A program made the position numbers and the translations under genes. From a virus (Duplodnaviria; Caudoviricetes), in IMG/VR virus record IMGVR_UViG_3300012933_000491, positions 1 through 34,830 of that record: DNA of 34,830 nucleotides, one strand, 5' to 3'. The notes under the pieces are model-generated. The model saw only the letters and a program-made list of their open reading frames with translations, made no database searches and was not told where the DNA came from. Of this stretch, positions 19,166 through 26,611 are shown piece after piece (position 1 is the stretch's first letter; each line of letters starts with the position of its first letter).

Positions 19166-20451
19166 ACCTGGTAAAAACATTAGAGCATCATGAAGAATTA
19201 TTTTTAAAGGCAGCAAGCTATTTAGTGGATAAGATAATATCAGAGTTACGTGTTATTTACCCAGAATGTAACCGATATTACAAAACACGAGAAGACATTG
19301 CAGAGCTAAAAGAAGTTTGGGCAAAGGCTATTTCTGGAGCAGGCTTAATGGGCTTAGAAGATATAGAGCGAGGGCTACATAGATGCAGACAATCAAAATC
19401 TGACTTCATGATATCGCCTGGGGTTTTTATCGATTACTGCAGAGAAAAGCCAGAAGACATCAAAGACAGTAACGGAAGACCTCTTTTAAGCGCAACAGAA
19501 GCCCATAGAGCCTCTTTTAAGCTTCCAGAGTACTTTGGTCCCAGAATATCGCAAAGTCACGATCAGGACATGATTACAAGCTTTGTGATATCTCTTTGTG
19601 GCGGTGATGCTAGCTACCGTGCAATGAATGCAGTGGATGGGAAAAAGGCTTTTATTAGCAACTATCCTGCAGGAGTTGAGCGATGGAAAGAAATAAGGGA
19701 TATAAATCGCACACGAGAAGACAAGCTGAACATGTACTACAACCCTGTTGTACCAAGGCCTGAGCCAATAGAATCACCCACACCACGATTATTACAAACA
19801 CCTCAAGAGGTTAAAGAACAAGAGAAGGTTTTAACCCCTTATGAGGAGTTTAAATTCAATGCGGAGCTTGCTAGAAACCAAAGTCCTAAAGACTTTGGAC
19901 AACAATTTAGGCACCTTACGCAAGAGCAGCATATAGCAAAAATAAAGGAAGTACTGGAGTTTGCAAAGAAAGGAACGCTCGGAGCATCTCAGAAAATGGC
20001 ACCTATTGACCCAAAATATTACCCAGAGTACGTAGAGCCTGAGATGACCATATGGGATAAGAAAAATCCTGAGCTATATGCAAAATGGCAAGCTTTACGC
20101 TCTAAAGCGCGACTAGACCAGGTAATGGAGGAGATTAAACCCAAACCACAAACCCAAGAGAACGAGCAAACCGAGGAACCAAAGAAAGACTTTTCGGCTT
20201 ACTACCAACAACCTGAAGCGGATTACCAACAACCCGAGACCTACTACCAACAACCTAGCGTACGTACAACCGTCCAAGCAGATAGTGCGCTCCCTAAAAC
20301 CCCTAGTAACTATAGCGAAGATCCTTGGGGGGTGGATCGACCTACGGAAGAAGCTTCATCCCAAGCCTTGGGTGAAAACGCAAAAGATCTTGATGTTTAC
20401 AATGAATGGTTCTCGGAAGACGTCAATAAATGCATGAAATCGTTAAATTAA
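19153..20451 (+). CDS. Lambda P-like helicase loader with long low-complexity C-terminal extension
   Basis: IYPEC...KEVWAKAISGAGL...ERGLHRCR...SPGVFIDYC; lies directly after the O-like gene. Confidence 0.75.
   Translation: METLNLVKTLEHHEELFLKAASYLVDKIISELRVIYPECNRYYKTREDIAELKEVWAKAISGAGLMGLEDIERGLHRCRQSKSDFMISPGVFIDYCREKPEDIKDSNGRPLLSATEAHRASFKLPEYFGPRISQSHDQDMITSFVISLCGGDASYRAMNAVDGKKAFISNYPAGVERWKEIRDINRTREDKLNMYYNPVVPRPEPIESPTPRLLQTPQEVKEQEKVLTPYEEFKFNAELARNQSPKDFGQQFRHLTQEQHIAKIKEVLEFAKKGTLGASQKMAPIDPKYYPEYVEPEMTIWDKKNPELYAKWQALRSKARLDQVMEEIKPKPQTQENEQTEEPKKDFSAYYQQPEADYQQPETYYQQPSVRTTVQADSALPKTPSNYSEDPWGVDRPTEEASSQALGENAKDLDVYNEWFSEDVNKCMKSLN
20203..20256 (+). repeat. Three in-frame repeats with 21-bp period (YQQP)
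   Basis: TACCAACAACC at 20203, 20224 and 20245. Confidence 0.85.
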
Positions 20452-20560
20452 GGCATCAAGGTTGCACGTAAAAATATAGGCAGTACGTTTGCTTAGGTTT
20501 GCATTAGATCGTTAAATGGTGAGCTTTAAATTAATCGTGTGGTATTGTGGGGGATTGTTC

Positions 20561-20589
20561 TTGCCATAATTGTGCTGCTTTGGCATACT
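20561..20589 (+). promoter_or_regulatory. Putative sigma70 promoter
   Basis: TTGCCA-17-CATACT, followed by a structured leader and AAGGA RBS. Confidence 0.55.
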
Positions 20590-20673
20590 ATTGTCTCGGG
20601 TTGCCATCTAAGTTACCCAGGATGGCGTGCATCCCTGTTTGCATGCCATTCACCAAAATAAAAGGATTTTAAT

Positions 20674-20886
20674 ATGTCAAACATAGTTCAATTTAAGGAC
20701 AAAGAGAGTAATTCCTATATTAAAATAAATTTAAAACATAAAACAATTTTAGAGCACAAAGAGTTATTTCCTGACGAGCCTTTTAATGAAATAAAGGTGG
20801 TTGAATATGATAAAAAGTATAAAAATTATACTAGATTAGAAGAAATGGCGTGCATGCAAGGCTGGCTTACAAGGTATAATACATGA
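20674..20886 (+). CDS. Hypothetical protein
   Basis: AAGGA RBS; MSNIVQF start; ATGA coupling to the next gene. Confidence 0.65.
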   Translation: MSNIVQFKDKESNSYIKINLKHKTILEHKELFPDEPFNEIKVVEYDKKYKNYTRLEEMACMQGWLTRYNT

Positions 20887-21149
20887 TTACTAAATGCAGT
20901 TTTTGCGATAAAAAACCTTTAGCAATGTACCTATGCAAAGACCATTATTTTAATGCAAAAATTGTTCCAATTGATTATGCAAAATGCAATAGACCGGGTT
21001 GTTATAATGAAAAATATAAAAACAATATGTGTAGACCTCATAACGTCAGTGTTTTAGCATCTAGAAAAAATAGGAGATGTACCATAGAAGGATGCACGCG
21101 CGTAATAAGAGCGCGCGGCATGTGTAAGGGTCATTTGATTGATGATTAA
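20883..21149 (+). CDS. Cys/His-repeat Zn-finger protein
   Basis: Three C..C...CxxH units, e.g. CTIEGCTRVIRARGMCKGH. Confidence 0.7.
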   Translation: MITKCSFCDKKPLAMYLCKDHYFNAKIVPIDYAKCNRPGCYNEKYKNNMCRPHNVSVLASRKNRRCTIEGCTRVIRARGMCKGHLIDD

Positions 21150-21150
21150 G

Positions 21151-21705
21151 TTATTCGCGCTTTAGTAGCGTGTAGGCTGTTTTTGTTGACATGTTTAACG
21201 CGTTTGCTATTTCGTGCATTTTAATGCCTTCTTTTCGCATGATTTTTACTTTATCTGCTAAATGCCATTTGTTTGGGCGCCCTTTAAACGTTCCTGCAGC
21301 AATTGCTGCATCTATTCCCTCGCGTTGTCTTGCGCGTGTTATAGAGCGCTCAAATTCTGCAAATGCGCCCATCATTTGCAATATCATGATAGACATGGGC
21401 GAATCATTTCCGTTAAATACCAGCCCTTCTGTATGAAATACGATTGTAACGCCGTTTTTTATCAGTCCGTCCACGATGTTTTGTAGATCGCGCAAGCTTC
21501 TTGCTAGTCTATCGATGCTATGTATATGCAGCGTGTCGCCTGGACGCAAGTATTTTAAGCACTCTTGTAATCCTTCGCGTTCCGCGCATTTCATAGCCCC
21601 GTAACAGTCTTCAAAAACTTTATCTAACTTTATGTCTTGAAGTTGTCTTAAAGTTGTTTGATCGCTTGTTGAAACGCGTATGTACCCGATTTGTTGATTG
21701 CTCAT
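21151..21705 (-). CDS. Small serine recombinase (resolvase/invertase family)
   Basis: GYIRVSTSDQ with catalytic Ser, LRPGDTL, SIDRLARS, AFAEFER, RQREGI, GRP and C-terminal HTH; start MSNQQ after AAGGA. Confidence 0.93.
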   Translation of the reverse strand: MSNQQIGYIRVSTSDQTTLRQLQDIKLDKVFEDCYGAMKCAEREGLQECLKYLRPGDTLHIHSIDRLARSLRDLQNIVDGLIKNGVTIVFHTEGLVFNGNDSPMSIMILQMMGAFAEFERSITRARQREGIDAAIAAGTFKGRPNKWHLADKVKIMRKEGIKMHEIANALNMSTKTAYTLLKRE

Positions 21706-21878
21706 ATTTTTCCTTATGTAAAAAAGTCTGCCCTTTTTCAAAGCATGTAAAAAAGTGGTTGTTGTAAAATTACAGTGCTATTTTAAGCGCAAAAAGCTAT
21801 TAGAGTTTTAATAATTTTGATTTTAAAAGGGCATACCCGACTACAAAGCCAAATATGCCTTTTTTTGATGCATTACAG

Positions 21879-22055
21879 CTAAATAATGGAAGTTATATAC
21901 CCGTAGTTTTGGTTTTTTGTATTTTCAGTTTCATCGATATTTTCCCACTCCTTTTCTTTTTGCTTGATATCGCGCTCATTAAGTGCGTAATATTTCCAGT
22001 TGTTAAGTATGGGGTTGTCTGTTTCAAAAATATTTAGTTCCATTTTATTTTTCAT
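21879..22055 (-). CDS. Small hypothetical protein (58 aa, not in ORF track)
   Basis: MKNKMELNIFETDNPILNNWKYY...; its ATG overlaps the upstream TGA. Confidence 0.5.
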   Translation of the reverse strand: MKNKMELNIFETDNPILNNWKYYALNERDIKQKEKEWENIDETENTKNQNYGYITSII

Positions 22056-22207
22056 TTTAAAAGCCTTATTTTAGATGCTAGTTTATCAAGCGTTTTAGTG
22101 CGTATCACTTTTCGACCCATTATTATTGTGTAGCTGTTTTCTGTTCCTGAAAAAGCTGCTTTGGGGTTCATTACTACGAAAGCGCGTATAAAATCAAGAT
22201 TACTCAT
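22052..22207 (-). CDS. Small basic hypothetical protein (51 aa)
   Basis: MSNLDFIRAF... start after GGGAG, overlapping the stop of the acidic ORF. Confidence 0.55.
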   Translation of the reverse strand: MSNLDFIRAFVVMNPKAAFSGTENSYTIIMGRKVIRTKTLDKLASKIRLLK

Positions 22208-22325
22208 TATCATACTCCCAATTTTCGTCATTATATTCGTCCGCTTTTTCGCATTCGATCTGATAAAGCTCTTCATCTGAAGGCGTATCGTCGTCAACGT
22301 CGTTCAATTCCTGTTCTAGCATCAT
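22200..22325 (-). CDS. Highly acidic micro-protein (41 aa, not in ORF track)
   Basis: MMLEQELNDVDDDTPSDEELYQIECEKADEYNDENWEYDNE; AAGGAG RBS. Confidence 0.6.
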   Translation of the reverse strand: MMLEQELNDVDDDTPSDEELYQIECEKADEYNDENWEYDNE

Positions 22326-22435
22326 GCTTTTACTCCTTGTTTTTTAACCGCATTGTGTGTAATCATGTTTTTCCTCATTTGTCATTATTAATTTTTGCGC
22401 GCTAATGTTTGCAGCATTAACGCGCTTATTTGTAT

Positions 22436-22681
22436 TTAACTAAAAATTTTTGTAAGCATTAAAGTAATAAAGCCCCCGATCATGCAAACCGTCAAATTAT
22501 TTATTTTTCTATCAAAATGTCTAATGGCCTCTTTTAAGTCAGTCGATAATTCAAGCCTTAGCTGCTTTGTTTCTTTTCGTGATTCCTCCCTAGCTGCTAA
22601 ACTTTCGTTTTTTAGCTCGCGGCTTAGCTCTTCTAGCAGTCTAACCCTAACTTCTTGATTTATGTATTGTTCTTCTTTCAT
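22436..22681 (-). CDS. Coiled-coil + C-terminal TM protein, paralogue 2
   Basis: MKEEQYINQEVRVRLLEE...MIGGFITLMLTKIFS; AGGAG RBS. Confidence 0.75.
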   Translation of the reverse strand: MKEEQYINQEVRVRLLEELSRELKNESLAAREESRKETKQLRLELSTDLKEAIRHFDRKINNLTVCMIGGFITLMLTKIFS

Positions 22682-22689
22682 AACTACTC

Positions 22690-22821
22690 CTAATAGTATT
22701 GTTGCTCTTGTTGTTGTTGATCGCAATTATCTTCATCATCTCGACTTGACCAGTATAAAAAATGGTCATCTGAATAATATTTATATTCTTGTGCTTCTGT
22801 TTCTTTTGTAGTATTGTTCAT
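22690..22821 (-). CDS. Acidic/Gln-rich micro-protein (43 aa, not in ORF track)
   Basis: MNNTTKETEAQEYKYYSDDHFLYWSSRDDEDNCDQQQQEQQYY; TAAGG RBS. Confidence 0.55.
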   Translation of the reverse strand: MNNTTKETEAQEYKYYSDDHFLYWSSRDDEDNCDQQQQEQQYY

Positions 22822-22885
22822 TTGTCAGCCTTATGATTTATTATTAATTTTAAAGGGCAAGGTTCCACGCCTTGCCTTATTACTT

Positions 22886-23074
22886 TTAAACAAAAAGTTT
22901 AGTTATTAAAGCCGTTAAAAATATACCCAAAATCATTAAAAATTGCGCATTCATTTTAGAGTCTAAATGCACAATTTTTGATTCTAAGCTTTTGAAATTT
23001 TCTTTTCCTTCTTTTATCAATTCCTCAAGTAGTCTTATTCTAACTTCTTGATTAATGTATTTTTCTTTATTCAT
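22886..23074 (-). CDS. Coiled-coil + C-terminal TM protein, paralogue 3
   Basis: MNKEKYINQEVRIRLLEE...ILGIFLTALITKLFV. Confidence 0.75.
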   Translation of the reverse strand: MNKEKYINQEVRIRLLEELIKEGKENFKSLESKIVHLDSKMNAQFLMILGIFLTALITKLFV

Positions 23075-23120
23075 TTTTAGCCTTTAGTTAAGCCCGCGAT
23101 TGCGGGCGTTTAAATTTTGT

Positions 23121-23414
23121 TTATATGAATTTTTCAAGTAAATTTAAAATTGCATTGCAATACATAGCGGACGCTTTTGTTATGCCTCTATTTACAACCT
23201 CGTACCCTTTATTTTTTCTAAGAGTGAATATTTTTTCTCTTGCTTCTTCTGTTTTTTTTATGTTTTTATGATAAGAGTTATTAACCAAAATGTTCGTTAT
23301 TACGTCAATAAATTCTAGTGCTACCATCCAATTTTTTTTATTTATTGAATTCCTAGCACATTCAATAATAGCTTTTGTTTCTTGCATTTCATAATATTGG
23401 TTTGCTGTAATCAT
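23121..23414 (-). CDS. Hypothetical early protein
   Basis: First gene after the leftward promoter; AGGA RBS. Confidence 0.65.
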   Translation of the reverse strand: MITANQYYEMQETKAIIECARNSINKKNWMVALEFIDVITNILVNNSYHKNIKKTEEAREKIFTLRKNKGYEVVNRGITKASAMYCNAILNLLEKFI

Positions 23415-23505
23415 TTTTTATTATTCCTAGTTTAGTTAGTTTAAGGCCCTGCTTGTAACAGGGTTTTTTTATTTTGACTTCGCGTTTTGCGTTGTCTATG
23501 GAGTT

Positions 23506-23534
23506 ATTATAGTGCAGTCGCTGCACGTATGCAA
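23506..23534 (-). promoter_or_regulatory. Leftward sigma70 promoter with palindromic operator in the spacer
   Basis: TTGCAT-17-TATAAT; the spacer holds GTGCAG-tcg-CTGCAC (23512-23526). Confidence 0.8.
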
Positions 23535-23582
23535 GTACTTTTTGAAAAAAAACTTAACTTTTTTACAAATATTTTTTATTTG

Positions 23583-23611
23583 TTGAAAGTGCAGTAATAT
23601 CATTGTATACT
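23583..23611 (+). promoter_or_regulatory. Rightward sigma70 promoter with operator half-site
   Basis: TTGAAA-17-TATACT; the spacer begins GTGCAGT. Confidence 0.7.
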
Positions 23612-23646
23612 ATAATGTATATATATATAGAGATAGAGATTAGTTG

Positions 23647-23856
23647 ATGCATGATATAAAACAAGAAAATTTAAGAGCTATACGAAAAGCGCATAAGCTT
23701 ACGCAAAAAAAGCTAGCTGATATGCTTAAAATAAGCGTGCGCTCTATCATATGCTACGAAGCGAATACACAGAAATGTAGTCAAACTGCATTAGAATTGC
23801 TCAAGTATAAATTGGAAGAGTTGCAAGAAAATGATAAAAAAGTTATCATTCAATAA
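23647..23856 (+). CDS. XRE-family HTH regulator
   Basis: LRAIRKAHKLTQKKLADMLKISVRSIICYE; no peptidase domain. Confidence 0.88.
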   Translation: MHDIKQENLRAIRKAHKLTQKKLADMLKISVRSIICYEANTQKCSQTALELLKYKLEELQENDKKVIIQ

Positions 23857-23983
23857 CGTTATATATATAGAGATAAAACTAAAATGTATATACAATTTGA
23901 TAAAAAAAGAATCTGTGATAAAATTTATTTGCAAACTTACTTGCAACTTATAGATAACTTAATATTAACAATTAGGATAAAAA

Positions 23984-24220
23984 ATGGACTTTAAATATAA
24001 AATAGGCGACAAAGTTTATAGGAAAGCAAATTCATCTTATTCTTGCGTAAGTGAACACGTCATTACTTCTATAACTTTTGATAAAGAAGGCGTCTGTTAT
24101 GGTTGTGACGATCTGATTATTTTGCAAGAAAGTGAGCTACATAGTGATAAGCAAGATTGTAGTAAATCGCTTATAGATGATCTACAAAAAAAGCTAGACG
24201 CTTTGCAGTCTAAAGAATGA
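23984..24220 (+). CDS. Hypothetical protein
   Basis: FKYKIGDKVY start motif; AGGA RBS. Confidence 0.7.
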   Translation: MDFKYKIGDKVYRKANSSYSCVSEHVITSITFDKEGVCYGCDDLIILQESELHSDKQDCSKSLIDDLQKKLDALQSKE

Positions 24221-24402
24221 TTTTGTTACGCTGTGAAAAATGCTTAGGCCGCAAAACTCTTCAAGGCCTAGGCGGAATGATAGAGAAATGCACTGGCTGC
24301 AAGGGCATTGGTTATATATCTGATGCAGTCAAAGAAGTCGTTAAGACTGTACGTAAAAAAAGGACTTTAAAAGATGAGCATATCAAAGAAGCCGGCGCCT
24401 AA
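24217..24402 (+). CDS. DnaJ-type Zn-finger small protein
   Basis: CEKCLG...CTGCKGIG. Confidence 0.7.
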   Translation: MILLRCEKCLGRKTLQGLGGMIEKCTGCKGIGYISDAVKEVVKTVRKKRTLKDEHIKEAGA

Positions 24403-24868
24403 AAAACCTAAGGGTACACAGCAAAGATGTGGCGACCCCGTCTATAATTTAGATGATTTTAAGCTAGTTTGTGATGTAATTGCATCAAGAGACATCTCTT
24501 TAAAAGATGCATGCGCAAGCGATCCACACTTTATGGATGAAGTAACTTTTTGGCGCATGATGAGCGTCAACAAAAAAGCTAAAGAAATGTATCAAGATGC
24601 AAAGTTTCATCAAACAGAAGTAAAAGCAAACTATATTGAGTACATGATAAGAGAACAGAACTCTACTTATATAGATGCGGCAGGAATAGAAAGAACGGAT
24701 GGCGCTGTACTGCGCGCTAAAATTGATGTAATAAAGTGGAGTACAGCAATACATAACCCGAAAAAATTTAATCTTAAAGCAAATTCAGAAGTTACAAGTT
24801 CTCAGATAGCGGAAGATACTTCTAAAGTAGTAAAAGAACTAAATGAAAAGAACAAAAAGGACTATTAG
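24374..24868 (+). CDS. terS: Terminase small subunit (Sf6 gp1-like)
   Basis: ICD-like VCDVIA..ISLKDAC, TFWRM, YQDAK and LRAKIDVIKW...PKKF; upstream of TerL. Confidence 0.75.
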   Translation: MSISKKPAPKKPKGTQQRCGDPVYNLDDFKLVCDVIASRDISLKDACASDPHFMDEVTFWRMMSVNKKAKEMYQDAKFHQTEVKANYIEYMIREQNSTYIDAAGIERTDGAVLRAKIDVIKWSTAIHNPKKFNLKANSEVTSSQIAEDTSKVVKELNEKNKKDY

Positions 24869-25059
24869 TGAGCAATAACTACGAATACGAAAAGTTAATA
24901 ATAAGCTATATAAGTGATTTACAAAAAGAAATCATGAAGCAATCTGACTGTATAGCAAATTTAAAAAACGAAATTCGGCACATGAATTTAAGTTTTAATA
25001 GTCAAGTTATTGAGCTGTGTCAGAAGTTTAATTTAGATTATTCAATGCATGAATCTTAG
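24868..25059 (+). CDS. Hypothetical coiled-coil protein between terS and terL
   Basis: GTG start overlapping the terS stop; its stop overlaps the terL start. Confidence 0.55.
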   Translation: MSNNYEYEKLIISYISDLQKEIMKQSDCIANLKNEIRHMNLSFNSQVIELCQKFNLDYSMHES

Positions 25060-26611
25060 TCAAGACAAAGAAGAGTTAGCAAGCCAACTCAAAGGATCTC
25101 TTATAGCTTTTACGCAGTTTTTCTATAAGATATTAACGTCACGTGACTTCATTATATCAAACCCACTTGGGCGCGAAAGCCATCAAATCACTATAGCGCG
25201 CGCTTTAAGCCAAGCTTCACGGCTTGAAATTCCTACGCAAAGACTAATGATAAATGTAAGTCCTGGTTCAGGAAAGTCTACGTTGCTGAGCTACTGGACA
25301 GCATGGACTTTAGCGCAATACCCAGATTCACGCTATCTATATATATCTTACTCTAAAGTGCTTGCTGCAAAGCATACTGAAACAATAAAACGAATAATTC
25401 AACTCCCTCATTTTAAATACTTGTTTGATGTATCGATTAGACACGACTCTAAAGCTAAAGAATTTTTTCAAACTACAGCGGGCGGAAGTGTAGCAGCATT
25501 CGGTTCAAGCGGTTCAATTACAGGACAAGATGCAGGATTACCAGGGCTCGATAGATTTTCTGGCGCTTTAATAATAGATGATGCGATTAAGCCCGATGAG
25601 GCGCATTCTGATACAGTTCGAGAAAGTGTTACACTAAATTATAGGGAAACAATACAGCAACGCGGACGCGGTGTAAATGTGCCATATATTTATTTGGGTC
25701 AAAGGGTTCATGAAGCAGATTTGGCAGCTTATTTGCTGGCAGGAAATGATGGATACAAATGGCAGCAAGTAATTATTAAGTCTATAGATGACGCTGGCAA
25801 TGCTATGTATCCCGAAGCTTTTCCACTCGATATGCTAAGACTTAAAGAAAAATATGACCCCTATGTTTTTGCATCCCAGTTTCAACAAAACCCAATTCCA
25901 GCAGGTGGCGCACTCTTTAAACCCGAATGGTTTGTTTTACTGGATGAAGAGCCCGAAATACTCACGACATTTATAACAGCAGATACAGCAGAAACATCTA
26001 AAAGTTATAATGATGCGACAGTATTTAGTTTCTTTGGATTATATGAGATAGAAACAATGGGGCGCAAAACTGGGCAAATGGGATTGCACTGGCTAGATTG
26101 CGTTGAGATACGCATAGAACCCAAAGACCTAAAAGATGCATTCTTAGAGTTTTGGCAATCGTGCATGGTGCATAAAGTACCGCCATTAGTAGCCGCTATA
26201 GAAAAAAAGTCTACAGGCGTCACTTTAGTAAGTGTTTTAGAGGAAATACGTGGGATACAACTTAGAAAAATAGAACGCAATAGGGCTTCAGGAAGTAAAA
26301 CGCAAAGATTTCTAGAAATTCAACCCTATGTTGCAGCCCGACAAATTTCTTTTACAGATAACGCAAGACATCAAGCTATGTGTATTAAACATATGAGTAA
26401 AATAACGGCGAACAATACGCACAGAAACGACGATATAGCAGATACATTAGCAGACGCTATAAAAATAGCGCTCATAGATAAAACGATACAGTATAAAAAA
26501 ACTACACAACATAGCGATACAGCTGCTATACTATTTCAAAATCAAAATGCTTTAAATAACGCAAGGAATGCAGCATATGGCGTACACAACAACCAAGACA
26601 GCGGATACTGA
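25049..26611 (+). CDS. terL: Terminase large subunit
   Basis: PGSGKST Walker A, LIIDD Walker B, QRVHEADL, SQFQQNP, TADTA and NDDIADT nuclease acidic residues. Confidence 0.95.
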   Translation: MNLSQDKEELASQLKGSLIAFTQFFYKILTSRDFIISNPLGRESHQITIARALSQASRLEIPTQRLMINVSPGSGKSTLLSYWTAWTLAQYPDSRYLYISYSKVLAAKHTETIKRIIQLPHFKYLFDVSIRHDSKAKEFFQTTAGGSVAAFGSSGSITGQDAGLPGLDRFSGALIIDDAIKPDEAHSDTVRESVTLNYRETIQQRGRGVNVPYIYLGQRVHEADLAAYLLAGNDGYKWQQVIIKSIDDAGNAMYPEAFPLDMLRLKEKYDPYVFASQFQQNPIPAGGALFKPEWFVLLDEEPEILTTFITADTAETSKSYNDATVFSFFGLYEIETMGRKTGQMGLHWLDCVEIRIEPKDLKDAFLEFWQSCMVHKVPPLVAAIEKKSTGVTLVSVLEEIRGIQLRKIERNRASGSKTQRFLEIQPYVAARQISFTDNARHQAMCIKHMSKITANNTHRNDDIADTLADAIKIALIDKTIQYKKTTQHSDTAAILFQNQNALNNARNAAYGVHNNQDSGY

